Positions 21,921-31,803 of a stretch of DNA of 64,000 bases are shown one piece after another. The position numbers were made by a program, and so were the translations under genes. Location: NCBI GenBank assembly GCA_044359815.1, contig JBIKLL010000001.1, positions 32,001 to 96,000 on the forward strand. Reading direction: 5' to 3'. Each line of letters begins with the position of its first letter. Position 1 is the stretch's first letter. The notes under the pieces are model-generated. The model searched no databases and was not told where the DNA came from. It was given only the letters and a program-made list of their open reading frames with translations. This DNA comes from Pseudobdellovibrionaceae bacterium. GTDB lineage: Bacteria > Bdellovibrionota > Bdellovibrionia > Bdellovibrionales > Bdellovibrionaceae.

Positions 21921-22566
21921 TCCTTAAATCCTTTAATCGGGTTTCTTTCTCGATCACATCTGTAAAACCAGTCAGCGGATTGATCACCAGGGTCCAATTG
22001 ACTTCTTTTTTATTGGTGATCAAAATGGCTGCTTTTTCAACCAAACCTTCTGGTGAAAAATAAACGTAGGCTTCGTTATCGCTATTCGCACCTGTACGCG
22101 ATGAGGTTTCAACAAAGCCAAAACTAAATCCATCAGGTAATTTTTTAACTCCTTTAAAAAATTTCTCGGATTTTGAAAAAGGATTTGAAGGAGCCTCGTC
22201 AGTGCCCACTGATTTGTCCTTTTCAGCTTTTATGGATTCATCGGTTTTTGCCAGTACATTTCCATTAGCGGCTTCAACCCAATAGCTGTAAGCACCGTCT
22301 TCCATTTTAAAAACTATTCTGTGGGTCATGTTTTTTACACGGGCTTCGTTTCGAACTTCTCGGGACAGAACCGATAAATGCCTAGCAACTGCTTTAACAT
22401 TATTTTGTGGGCTTTTTATCCTGGGGATCCCCAGCACAACAATGGTGCTCAGGATCGCCAGAACGATCATAATTTCTACTAAGGTAAATCCCTTAATACT
22501 ATTACTGTAATTCTTCAGCTGTGATGTCTTTGTTTTTACCATCACCGCCTTCTTTTCCATCAGCAC
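21913..22566 (-). CDS. gspH: Type II secretion minor pseudopilin GspH
   Basis: KGFTLVEIMIV motif, YFSPEG; start uncertain (overlaps gspG). Confidence 0.75.
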   Translation of the reverse strand: MLMEKKAVMVKTKTSQLKNYSNSIKGFTLVEIMIVLAILSTIVVLGIPRIKSPQNNVKAVARHLSVLSREVRNEARVKNMTHRIVFKMEDGAYSYWVEAANGNVLAKTDESIKAEKDKSVGTDEAPSNPFSKSEKFFKGVKKLPDGFSFGFVETSSRTGANSDNEAYVYFSPEGLVEKAAILITNKKEVNWTLVINPLTGFTDVIEKETRLKDLRIE

Positions 22567-22930
22567 CTAAACTCTTCAGGTTGTAAGTACCGCCGCTAGA
22601 TTCATAAACAAAACCATTTGACCATGCATCTGGTGGAACCTTTTTCATGTAAGGATCAGGTCCCCAGTTAGAACAAGCAGAATCAGCAGTGGATAACCCA
22701 TCTAAGCTGGGTGGGTATTTACCACAGTCGGTGTAATACAGATTTAGAGCTTGTGCGATTTGACCCATGATCAATTTAGTTTGGCTGAATTTTGATTTAT
22801 CCAATCGACTCATCACTGTTGGCAACAAAACTGCTGCCAGTCCACCGATAATCATCAACACGATCATGATTTCTAATAAGGTCATACCCTTTTGATTTAT
22901 TTTTTTTAAAGAACTGAAAATACCATTCAT
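22502..22930 (-). CDS. gspG: Type II secretion major pseudopilin GspG
   Basis: KGMTLLEIMIV, YP.SL.GL, WGP.Y, DAW, SLGADGKEGG.G...DI. Confidence 0.92.
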   Translation of the reverse strand: MNGIFSSLKKINQKGMTLLEIMIVLMIIGGLAAVLLPTVMSRLDKSKFSQTKLIMGQIAQALNLYYTDCGKYPPSLDGLSTADSACSNWGPDPYMKKVPPDAWSNGFVYESSGGTYNLKSLGADGKEGGDGKNKDITAEELQ

Positions 22931-22974
22931 AGTGAGTCCTCATTTCTGCAAAATGCTGATTAAGAAATCCTAGG

Positions 22975-24195
22975 CTAACCCGAAATATTTGTCATCTCAA
23001 ACATTGGAATCATTACGGCAAACACAATCATTCCAATGACAAATCCCATTATGACCATGACAACAGGACCCATAAGGCTTGTTAAACCCTCTACTTTATT
23101 TTTAACTTGAAAATCATAGGCATCTGATACTTGGATCAGCATGTTTTCCAAATCGCCTGTTTTTTCTCCAATGTTAACCATGTGAATCACCAGTGGTGGA
23201 AATTGTCCCGATTTTCTCAAGGGGCCAGCAATGGATTCCCCCTCTGAAATATTGCTTCTGGCGTCATCAATGGCTTTGGCGATCAATGCATTGTCCACAA
23301 CATTTCTGACAATCCCCATGGCGTTCAGCATAGGCACACCACCCGTCAACAATGTAGCCAGTGTTCTGGTAAATCTGGCCACGGCGACTAAGCGATTCAT
23401 GTCTCCAAAAAGAGGCATCTTCAGCGAAATGGCATCCCAGCTTTCTTTACCCGATGGAGTTCTTTTCCAATTCTGAAACAAAAAAAATGCTAACACCAAA
23501 ACACCTAAAATTATGTACCAGTAATTCACCATTATGGCGCTAAAATCAAAAACTATAGTCGTGTACCAAGGAAGCTTTAAATCCGGTCTGGATTCAAAAA
23601 TCGCTACCATTTTTGGAATCACAAAGACAAATAAAAATCCCAAAAGCCCCAGTGTCACCACCAGCATCAACACAGGGTATGTCAAAGCACTTTTGACTTT
23701 GGATTGCAGTTCATTTTGCGCTTCAGTAAATTCAGCTAACCTGATCAAAATAGTATCCAAGGTTCCCGACATTTCACCGGCTTCACACATAGTCACATAA
23801 ATGGGCGAAAAAATATTTGGATACCGGGACAAAGTTTTATAAAAGGGCGAGCCCTCATTGACCAGATTTTTACATTCGGCAACGACTTCTTTAAGGGTCG
23901 GATTTTCAACCTGTTCTGAAACCGCATTCAGAGCATCCACCAAGGGGATATTGGCTTTTAGCAATGTCGCCAGCTGACGAGTCATTAATGAAATGTCTTT
24001 AACACCAACCCGCTTTGAGCTTCCACCGCCCTTTTTCTTGGTGCCAGTGTCTACTCGTTTTTTGTCTTTCAAATCGACAACGTAAATCCCGTCTTTTTTC
24101 AATTTCACACGGGCTGCACGGATATTGTCAGCATCAATTATGCCTCTAGTATTTTTCCCATCCTTAGATAAACCTCGGTATTCAAATACAGGCAT
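22975..24195 (-). CDS. gspF: Type II secretion inner membrane protein GspF
   Basis: TRQLATLL, AGEMSGTLD, SALTYP, IGEKTGDL. Confidence 0.93.
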   Translation of the reverse strand: MPVFEYRGLSKDGKNTRGIIDADNIRAARVKLKKDGIYVVDLKDKKRVDTGTKKKGGGSSKRVGVKDISLMTRQLATLLKANIPLVDALNAVSEQVENPTLKEVVAECKNLVNEGSPFYKTLSRYPNIFSPIYVTMCEAGEMSGTLDTILIRLAEFTEAQNELQSKVKSALTYPVLMLVVTLGLLGFLFVFVIPKMVAIFESRPDLKLPWYTTIVFDFSAIMVNYWYIILGVLVLAFFLFQNWKRTPSGKESWDAISLKMPLFGDMNRLVAVARFTRTLATLLTGGVPMLNAMGIVRNVVDNALIAKAIDDARSNISEGESIAGPLRKSGQFPPLVIHMVNIGEKTGDLENMLIQVSDAYDFQVKNKVEGLTSLMGPVVMVIMGFVIGMIVFAVMIPMFEMTNISG

Positions 24196-24198
24196 AAA

Positions 24199-25887
24199 TT
24201 ATTGATCCAATTGTGTGTTTGAAATCAGCTCTTCAAAAGTTGTGATACCGCTGAGCACCTTTTGTATACCATGGTCCCTAAATGTTTTCATGCCATTTGC
24301 GGCTGCCATTTTTCTGATTGTTGCACCGTCTTTACGCTGCATGATCAAGGACCTAATCTCCTCGTTCATCACCAATAATTCGGCGATCACAGTTCGACCT
24401 ATATAACCCTTTTGATTGCATTGACTGCATCCGATGGCTTGGTGAGTGTTTGCTTTTGCAACATCAGCTCGTGTTAACCCAAAAGCATTTAATTCAAAAT
24501 CAGAGGGGGTGTATTTAGCTTTGCAATGGGGACACAGAACTCGGATCAGACGCTGAGCCACCACACCTAAAATCGATGTCGCAATTAAAAAAGGTTCTGC
24601 TCCAATATCAATCAACCTTGGAAAAGCTCCTGAAGCATCGTTGGCGTGGATGGTTGACAGCACTAAGTGACCCGTCAACGAGGCATTGATGGCAAGCTCT
24701 GCTGTTTCCAAATCCCTGATCTCACCCACCATTATAATATCTGGATCTTGACGTAAGAAGGCTCTTAAACCTGCAGCAAAGGTCAGACCTATTTTGGAAT
24801 TCACTTGCACTTGGCCAACTCCGTGAATCCTTTGCTCGACGGGGTCTTCGACGGTCAAAATATTTTCGCCAGGTTTATTTAGTTTTTGCAAACATCCATA
24901 CAAGGTCGTTGATTTACCAGAACCAGTAGGACCTGTAACAATTAAAATTCCGTAAGATCGTTGAATCAATTCATAAAGGGTTTTTAAAATCTCATCGCCA
25001 AAACCTAATTGTTCAAGTTCCAAAACCACATTGGATCTGTCCTGCAAACGCATCACGATGCGCTCGCCATGGGACGTCGGCACTGTGTTCATACGAATAT
25101 CAATGTCTTTACCGCCGACCTTTAACGGAATCCTACCATCCTGAGGAAGTCTTTTTTCGGCGATATTTAAATTGGCCATGACTTTAAGTCTTGAAGTGAT
25201 TGAGTTCTGTAATTTCTTGGGCGGCTTAAAAACATCAAACAACACCCCGTCTATTCTAAATCTGACGGACATGTCTTTTTCATAAGGTTCAACGTGAATA
25301 TCAGAGGCTTTTTCTTTAACCGCTCTGAACAGCAAAGAATTCACTAATTTAATGACGGGAGCATCGTCTTCACCGGCTTCCAACAAATCCACAATAGGAT
25401 CATCCAGATCATAATCTTCTTCTTCAATTTCCTCTAAACCTGCCAAATTAGCCGTGGATTTTTCATAAACCCTGTTAATGGCATCCTGGATTTTTTGTTG
25501 AGTGGTCACCAGCGGTCTGATTTTTTTGCCAAACATCACGCGCAAATCATCTAGGACTTTTAAATTAATAGGATTGCTGGTCAATGTGACCAATTGATCG
25601 CCCTCTTCCTTGTAAGGCAATATCCCATTTGATTTTGCAAAATTAATCGAGATCCCTCTGACTAAATCTGGAGAAATATCATTAACAGGAATGTCCTTGA
25701 TAAAATCAAACCCCATTTCTTTGCACAGCTCATGAACCAGCTCTTCAGCTGAAGAAAAATCTTTGGCGGACAAATTCTCACCAACAGAAGTGATCCCGTT
25801 ATAGGATGCCGTCCCCAGCACAACCTTGATCTGATCTTCAGTCATGGTTGTGCTTTTTAAAAGTAAGGTTTGAATATCTGTCGCCAT
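24199..25887 (-). CDS. gspE: Type II secretion ATPase GspE
   Basis: ASDIHVEP, Walker A GPTGSGKST, LRQDPDIIMVGEIRD, Zn-binding CxxC pairs. Confidence 0.95.
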   Translation of the reverse strand: MATDIQTLLLKSTTMTEDQIKVVLGTASYNGITSVGENLSAKDFSSAEELVHELCKEMGFDFIKDIPVNDISPDLVRGISINFAKSNGILPYKEEGDQLVTLTSNPINLKVLDDLRVMFGKKIRPLVTTQQKIQDAINRVYEKSTANLAGLEEIEEEDYDLDDPIVDLLEAGEDDAPVIKLVNSLLFRAVKEKASDIHVEPYEKDMSVRFRIDGVLFDVFKPPKKLQNSITSRLKVMANLNIAEKRLPQDGRIPLKVGGKDIDIRMNTVPTSHGERIVMRLQDRSNVVLELEQLGFGDEILKTLYELIQRSYGILIVTGPTGSGKSTTLYGCLQKLNKPGENILTVEDPVEQRIHGVGQVQVNSKIGLTFAAGLRAFLRQDPDIIMVGEIRDLETAELAINASLTGHLVLSTIHANDASGAFPRLIDIGAEPFLIATSILGVVAQRLIRVLCPHCKAKYTPSDFELNAFGLTRADVAKANTHQAIGCSQCNQKGYIGRTVIAELLVMNEEIRSLIMQRKDGATIRKMAAANGMKTFRDHGIQKVLSGITTFEELISNTQLDQ

Positions 25888-25902
25888 TTTTCCTATTCTA
25901 AT

Positions 25903-28251
25903 CTATCGCTGATTGGTTTCAACATTTCCCTCAGCTGGTGCAGTTTGTTGCGCCCTTAATTTGTCAGCCGTAGTACCAAATGGGTCTTTGCCGCCTGTCG
26001 CCTTTATATGATCAAGCCTGTCATCCAATTTTTTTGACAATAATTTATTAGCATCCTGCGAACTGCGGATGATTTTTGGAGTCAAAAATATTGTCATATT
26101 GGTTTTACTGACTCCCGTTTTTCTGGATTTAAACAGCCAACCAATAATGGGGATATCGCCCAGCAATGGCACCTTAAAAACATCTTCGGTTTGTTCGTCC
26201 TTCATCAATCCGCCCAGCACCGCGGTGTCACCATTGCGCACCACTATGTTGGTTTCAATCTTTCTGGTCGCCAGTGGTTGCACCTGAGTTTTAAAAGCTT
26301 CAACAGTCGTGATCTGACTGAGCTGCTTAACGCTGCTTTTTATTTCAAGCCTGATCGAATTCGACGTCGGACTGATAAATGGTTTTATCTTGAGCGAAAT
26401 ATTAGCATCTTCCAGTTGTGGTGTGACCACTGTCGCGGCTCCATTAACCCCAGGAGTCTGCGTAAAGCTTGTGGCAACCTTATCACCGACTTCGATCAAG
26501 GCCTCTTGATTATCTAGGGCCAAAATTTGTGGCGTCGATAAAATATTTGCGTTCGCGTTTTTCTTTAAGAAACTGATAAAACCCAGCAAACTGTTTATGG
26601 TTGTGGTCGTATTGTTGGTAGGATTTGTGATGGTAACTTTGTCATTGGAACCAAATCCCAACACTGTTCCTGTACCACCCTGAGGACTCATCAAATCTAA
26701 CAATGATGTGTTTAATCCATTGAATCCAACTTTGCCTGCACCTTCATTAAATTTGAAATACCCGATTTCATAGGCAAATGAATCCGTGGCTTTCATTTCC
26801 ATAATGATGGCTTCAACGTAAACTTGATCCCTTGGGATATCAATTTTTGCTAACAGATTTAACACCACTTCGTAATCTTGCTTGCTTGCCACAACAACAA
26901 GGGAATTTGTTCCTTTGTCAGCTGTGATTTTAACATCACCACCAAATATTTCCTGAGGCCCGGCAGCGACACCCGAAACCGGCGAAATAGCCGGCGGAGA
27001 TCCCGATGAACCTGATCCAGACGATCCTGTTGCTTTCGGACCAGCCTCTTTTGCGATTCCAGACAGAGTCTGAGCGATTTTTTCAGCGTCACCGTGTTTG
27101 ACGTAATACACGTACACGCCACCAGCATCCTCGGGTCTGATTCTGAAATCCAATTGCACTAATAATTTTCTGATTCTGGAAGTACCGGCTTTGTTACCAA
27201 CAACAATCAACGAATTCGTTCTGTCATCAGGAATAACCATATAATAGGCTGATCCCTGCGAACCTTGTGTTTGGTTTCTGGTGAATCTAGGCACTCCTGA
27301 AGAAAACGTACCACCCTGCCTGTTGTTGGTACTGTTTTGACCTTTGTTGACGATCTTATCAATCAGATCAGCAATGTCTTTTGCCTTTGCAAACTTGACC
27401 GGAATGACTTCCAATTGGTCTTCAAAACCAGGGATATCCAATTGGCTGATGATCTTCATGATGCGATCAATGTTCGAACCAAAATCTGAAATGATCAGTG
27501 AGTTGGTGGGTGAATAAATCGACATCTCACCATCTTTTGAAGTCAGAATCCTAAGCTCTTTGTTAATCAAATCGGCAGAAATATGCTTCAAATGAATGAT
27601 TCTGGTAATCATCTGATCGGCATTGGGATAATAGGTTCCCGAGTAAGTCTCAATGCTGTCACGTTGCGAATTTCTGGCAGATCTGATTTTCAAAAATCCA
27701 CCTGATGGAACAATGGCAAATCCATTGATCGCCAGTGCCGATAAAAAAGCTTTGTAGGCTTCTGCCACAGTGATTTTGCTGGGAGCTACAATCGTGATTT
27801 TACCCCTGACACCCTGATCGATGATAAAGTTTTTCCCGGTCAATTCACTGATGGCTTTCACGATGTCTGTGATATTAGCATCAACAAAATCAAAGCTTTC
27901 AATAATTTCAGGAAAATTATCATTGGTGATGTCTTCAATCCCAGCTTTAGCAAATTTGTCTTTTTGGGCTTTTGATAAAACTCCGCCCTCTTCCTTTTTG
28001 GCAGCAGGCCCTTGAGCGCTGTCAAAAGCACCTTGCGAATTTGAAAACCCACCCATTGAAGGCGGCGGCGGAGGTGGCGGCGGTGGGAAATTCCCACCTC
28101 GATTAAAATTACCCATCCCCGGTGGCGGCGGTGGATCCTCATCAAAATCATCAATCTGAGCAAAAACACTTTGCAGAACAAATAACTGCAACAGCAGCAT
28201 CAGCCCAAACATCCAGATCACTTTGCGAAAATTTTTAAAATTCATATCCAC
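25903..28251 (-). CDS. gspD: Type II secretion secretin GspD
   Basis: N domains (TNSLII, DRTNSLIV), QVYVEAIIME, KVPLLGDIPIIGWLF; proline-rich N-terminus. Confidence 0.93.
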   Translation of the reverse strand: MDMNFKNFRKVIWMFGLMLLLQLFVLQSVFAQIDDFDEDPPPPPGMGNFNRGGNFPPPPPPPPPSMGGFSNSQGAFDSAQGPAAKKEEGGVLSKAQKDKFAKAGIEDITNDNFPEIIESFDFVDANITDIVKAISELTGKNFIIDQGVRGKITIVAPSKITVAEAYKAFLSALAINGFAIVPSGGFLKIRSARNSQRDSIETYSGTYYPNADQMITRIIHLKHISADLINKELRILTSKDGEMSIYSPTNSLIISDFGSNIDRIMKIISQLDIPGFEDQLEVIPVKFAKAKDIADLIDKIVNKGQNSTNNRQGGTFSSGVPRFTRNQTQGSQGSAYYMVIPDDRTNSLIVVGNKAGTSRIRKLLVQLDFRIRPEDAGGVYVYYVKHGDAEKIAQTLSGIAKEAGPKATGSSGSGSSGSPPAISPVSGVAAGPQEIFGGDVKITADKGTNSLVVVASKQDYEVVLNLLAKIDIPRDQVYVEAIIMEMKATDSFAYEIGYFKFNEGAGKVGFNGLNTSLLDLMSPQGGTGTVLGFGSNDKVTITNPTNNTTTTINSLLGFISFLKKNANANILSTPQILALDNQEALIEVGDKVATSFTQTPGVNGAATVVTPQLEDANISLKIKPFISPTSNSIRLEIKSSVKQLSQITTVEAFKTQVQPLATRKIETNIVVRNGDTAVLGGLMKDEQTEDVFKVPLLGDIPIIGWLFKSRKTGVSKTNMTIFLTPKIIRSSQDANKLLSKKLDDRLDHIKATGGKDPFGTTADKLRAQQTAPAEGNVETNQR

Positions 28252-28253
28252 CC

Positions 28254-29156
28254 CTACTTAATTTTATAATTGTAATCAATTTTTTGACCGTCTCGTTCAA
28301 AGCTCAGGCTCAGATTGTTTGTATTTTTTAGAGAACCATAAAGCTCCATGGCCTTGGCTGGACTGTCGATTTTTTCTCCGTTCACTCCGCTCAGACAATC
28401 ACCCACTTGAAACTTTAACTGGGTATAGATGCTTCCAGGCTGAATGTTCAGAAACTTGTAGCATTCAATTTCACCGTTGGCGTTGCGCTTAGGAGCCATC
28501 GCTGCCTGCTGCAGAACTTGAGCCATATTAGCCGTGTATTTTAAAATATCTGCTCGCTTAACTTCGAAAGTATTCGGAGCAGTTTCCCTGACTTCTGAAT
28601 CGCCACCGCCGCCTGCCGCAGGAGCTGCTTGAGCAAAAGATAATTTACTGCCTTGAGTCTTCATCTCGATGTATTCAAGCCTGTTGTTATTGGTGTTTTG
28701 GAAAATAATTTTCCCGCGAAGCACTTCCTGCAACAAAGCCATGCCCTCGATGTCTCGTCCGGGTGAAAACGGCAGAACCGTGTTTTTGCTTTTGATTTCG
28801 ACATTTGCGATAGATTTTTTAGGATTGGAATGCACAATGGTCCCCACCAAGGTCAACGGCAAGCTTGACGGTACTGGAACATCATTTCGCTCACTGCCTG
28901 GAACCTCACCCTTAGGGACAATGGCATCAGGGATTTTGCCGTCCCAATTAAAAATATTCCTGGTCACAATCGTGTTTAGATAGGATCTGGAAACAGTCTG
29001 AGAGGTCACTTGTTTTTTGGGCTTACTGGGTGGAGGTTGAGTCGGGATCATCAGGTCCCGATAATTCATAATCATCAGGTCAGCAATGCAGTAGCCGATA
29101 AACACAAACAGCAAGTAAGGTGCTAAAGTTTTTGCGAAATTTCGAAATTCATTCAC
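28254..29156 (-). CDS. gspC: Type II secretion protein GspC (HR + PDZ)
   Basis: TM, RNIF, LTLVGTIV, C-terminal PDZ (GD.LSGVNG); first gene of operon. Confidence 0.85.
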   Translation of the reverse strand: MNEFRNFAKTLAPYLLFVFIGYCIADLMIMNYRDLMIPTQPPPSKPKKQVTSQTVSRSYLNTIVTRNIFNWDGKIPDAIVPKGEVPGSERNDVPVPSSLPLTLVGTIVHSNPKKSIANVEIKSKNTVLPFSPGRDIEGMALLQEVLRGKIIFQNTNNNRLEYIEMKTQGSKLSFAQAAPAAGGGGDSEVRETAPNTFEVKRADILKYTANMAQVLQQAAMAPKRNANGEIECYKFLNIQPGSIYTQLKFQVGDCLSGVNGEKIDSPAKAMELYGSLKNTNNLSLSFERDGQKIDYNYKIK

Positions 29157-29277
29157 GTCATCGTCCTTGATAACTGGTCCAGATAAAAATTCTACCTTTT
29201 GACGGAAGCCTAGTGTAGCTCAAACACCCGAACTCTACCTTAGGTCAGAGAGATTGAACCTAGCTGGCCCCTTTGCA

Positions 29278-29440
29278 AGTTGGTGAACTTAAAATTCAAA
29301 AAACTAAATCTATGATTTTACTAAAAAAGACCGCAGCTCCTGCTTCTCTGCTCGAGCAAGCTCCCGCCGTCCGGGCTCCGCAGAGGGTCTTTTTCAGTAA
29401 AATCATAGATTTAGTTTTTTGAATTTTAAGTTCACCAACT
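29278..29440 (-). repeat. Type 1 long hairpin element, copy 3
   Basis: 55-bp inverted repeat 29278-29332 / 29386-29440 (1 mismatch); minus-strand core CTCTGCGGAGCCCGGACGGCGGGAGCTTGCTCGAGCAGAGAAGCAGGAGCTGC. Confidence 0.95.
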
Positions 29441-29482
29441 CACCATGGTATTAGAATCAAATTAATGGACTATGGTCTGTAA

Positions 29483-29986
29483 CTAGAGCGCTAGTTGGTT
29501 TAAATCTTTCCCGGTTAATCGGTAAACGGTCCATTCATCCATGGGTTTTGCTCCCAATGACTTGTAAAAAGCAATGGCTCTTTCGTTCCAATTCAAAACT
29601 GACCAATCCAAACGTGGGCATCCGCTCTGCACAGCAATTTGTGCCAATCTGGCAAACAGATGTTTTCCAATTCCTAGGCTTCGAAACTGCGGCAAGACAA
29701 ATAGGTCTTCCAAATACATCCCAGGCTTTCCCAAAAAAGTTGAAAAGCTATTGAAATAAAGCGCAAACCCAACGCTTTCACCATTTCTGCGCGCCATTAA
29801 AACCTTAGCAAATTTATTTTCACCAAATAAATTTTGCCGCAACTGATCTGGATCCAACTTGACTTCATTTTCTAATTTTTCAAACTCTGCCAATTTATTA
29901 ATAAACAGGATAATGGTGGATAAATCGCTTTCGCTCGCAAATTCAATATTTAAAAGGCTTTTGTCAGACAATTCGATTGGGTTCAT
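29483..29986 (-). CDS. GNAT N-acetyltransferase (diamine/spermidine acetyltransferase-like)
   Basis: LAEFEKL, FSTFLGKPGMYLEDLFV, R..GIG, VLNWN..AI.FY..LGA. Confidence 0.88.
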   Translation of the reverse strand: MNPIELSDKSLLNIEFASESDLSTIILFINKLAEFEKLENEVKLDPDQLRQNLFGENKFAKVLMARRNGESVGFALYFNSFSTFLGKPGMYLEDLFVLPQFRSLGIGKHLFARLAQIAVQSGCPRLDWSVLNWNERAIAFYKSLGAKPMDEWTVYRLTGKDLNQLAL

Positions 29987-30076
29987 TACTAAGTCTATAC
30001 TGGACTTTCTAAAGACCCTGCAAGAAATTATTAATTTGTGATTCAATTCCTAACAAATTCATGGGAAGTTATTATT

Positions 30077-30673
30077 ATGAAAATCTACACAAAAACAGGC
30101 GATGATGGCAGCACCAGTTTATTAAGCGGAAAAAGAGTTTCCAAAGATCATTGGAGACTTCAGATTTACGGAGGCATTGATGAAATCAATAGCTTTCTGG
30201 GATTAGTCACAGCACTTCTGGAGGACAAAGGCCTATCCGCTGGCGGCTTGGAACGTCTTGAAAATTATGTTTATCGGATTCAAGGACAACTGTTTTGCTT
30301 GGGTTCCCATTTTGCTGCTGATGATATTAAAAAAGCTCTTGAACAAAAGATTTTACCTAAATTATCTGATCGTTGGATTACGGATATGGAAAAAGAAATC
30401 GATCTGATGCAAGAGGACCTGGAGCCCTTGAAAAATTTTGTACTGCCAGGGGGCAGCCGATCAGCCGGAGTTCTACATATGACCCGCAGTCTGTGCCGAC
30501 GTGTTGAGAGGGATTTAGTTGCAGCCAAAGACCAACTGGATCAGCAGTTGGATCTTTTTAATTTTTCGCAAAATTATTTAAATCGTCTGAGCGACCTGCT
30601 GTTTGTCGCGGCCAGATATTGCAATCACAAACAAGGCAAAAAAGATAAAATTTGGATCAAAGAAAAGGATTGA
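30077..30673 (+). CDS. Cob(I)alamin adenosyltransferase, PduO type
   Basis: MKIYTKTGDDG, YG.IDE.NS, FVLPGG, R..CRR.ER, YLNRLSD.LF. Confidence 0.92.
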   Translation: MKIYTKTGDDGSTSLLSGKRVSKDHWRLQIYGGIDEINSFLGLVTALLEDKGLSAGGLERLENYVYRIQGQLFCLGSHFAADDIKKALEQKILPKLSDRWITDMEKEIDLMQEDLEPLKNFVLPGGSRSAGVLHMTRSLCRRVERDLVAAKDQLDQQLDLFNFSQNYLNRLSDLLFVAARYCNHKQGKKDKIWIKEKD

Positions 30674-30675
30674 AA

Positions 30676-31803
30676 ATGCGTCTTGAGCTGACCAGTGAAA
30701 AAGACAATTTTAATCTGTGCGAATTTTTCGCAGGCTTTGGCCAGTCAGGGCTAATCGATGTCAAATACCTCAGACATCCCGATTTTTTTGGTCCTTTTAA
30801 AACTTTGTCGGACGAGTATAAAACCTTTTGCTTGCGGGACAACAATGACGAAATCCGAGCCACGGCATCATTTGTATTTCGGAAAGCTTTGATCGATGGC
30901 AAAGTTAAAAAAATTGCGACGGCCACCGACCTGAGGGTGGGACACGACAGAGACGTGATCATTCAGTGGAGCAAGCATTTTTTACCAGTGATGAAAAGTG
31001 TTATGAATGAGCACAAAGTGGATTTTATTTTTTCATCCATCAATTTGTCAGATCCTTTGTTTATGTCGACTTTTGTTCGCCCCAGGACAGCTAAACGACC
31101 CATGCCCAGATATTTTTTGTACCGAAAATTTAATTTGGTTTCCATACATGGCAGATACCCCTTAGCAAATAAAAAACTGGCTTCGATAAAAGTCGAACAC
31201 GCTACTGATGCAACGCTGGGTGAGCTCGCCCAATATGTGAAAAAACGCAGCCAGTACCGTCCTTTTGCTTCCGTGTGGGACGAAGAAAGCCTGCGCCAGA
31301 AGATTTCCAGACTGCCAGGTATGAATATCGAAGACATGCTGATCGCCAGATCTTCACGCGGTGAAATCTTGGGCTGCTTGGGTTACTGGAATCCACTGAA
31401 TGTGCAAAGCATAGTTCCATTGTCTTATTCTTTGAGAGCTCATAATTTCAGACAGATACTAAAATTTCTTTGGATGTTTGGATACACTCGCAGACTGACA
31501 AAACCCGTGGCCTCAACAGGGGTTGAGCGCCCTTTGGAATTCAAATATGTCTTAAACCTGCATTCTGACAATGAAGACGTTTTTGAAAGCCTGCTGTTTG
31601 AAGCCTTTAATTCCATCAGCAAAAGGGAATTTTTGTTGTATGCCCACTGCGAACACGATTACAGATTGTTGCCCCCGCTTGGTTGGGTTTCCGCCAGCAT
31701 ACCTTATGCTATGTACACAGTGGTTGGACCCGATCAAGAAATGCCTGATTTTTTAAACCCATCGATCGCTGTAAATCCCGAAGTCGAATCTCTTTGGATT
31801 TAA
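30676..31803 (+). CDS. Hypothetical protein, probable tandem GNAT-fold
   Basis: Long ORF coupled to pduO; Y.R.PDFF and DLRV motifs. Confidence 0.5.
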   Translation: MRLELTSEKDNFNLCEFFAGFGQSGLIDVKYLRHPDFFGPFKTLSDEYKTFCLRDNNDEIRATASFVFRKALIDGKVKKIATATDLRVGHDRDVIIQWSKHFLPVMKSVMNEHKVDFIFSSINLSDPLFMSTFVRPRTAKRPMPRYFLYRKFNLVSIHGRYPLANKKLASIKVEHATDATLGELAQYVKKRSQYRPFASVWDEESLRQKISRLPGMNIEDMLIARSSRGEILGCLGYWNPLNVQSIVPLSYSLRAHNFRQILKFLWMFGYTRRLTKPVASTGVERPLEFKYVLNLHSDNEDVFESLLFEAFNSISKREFLLYAHCEHDYRLLPPLGWVSASIPYAMYTVVGPDQEMPDFLNPSIAVNPEVESLWI

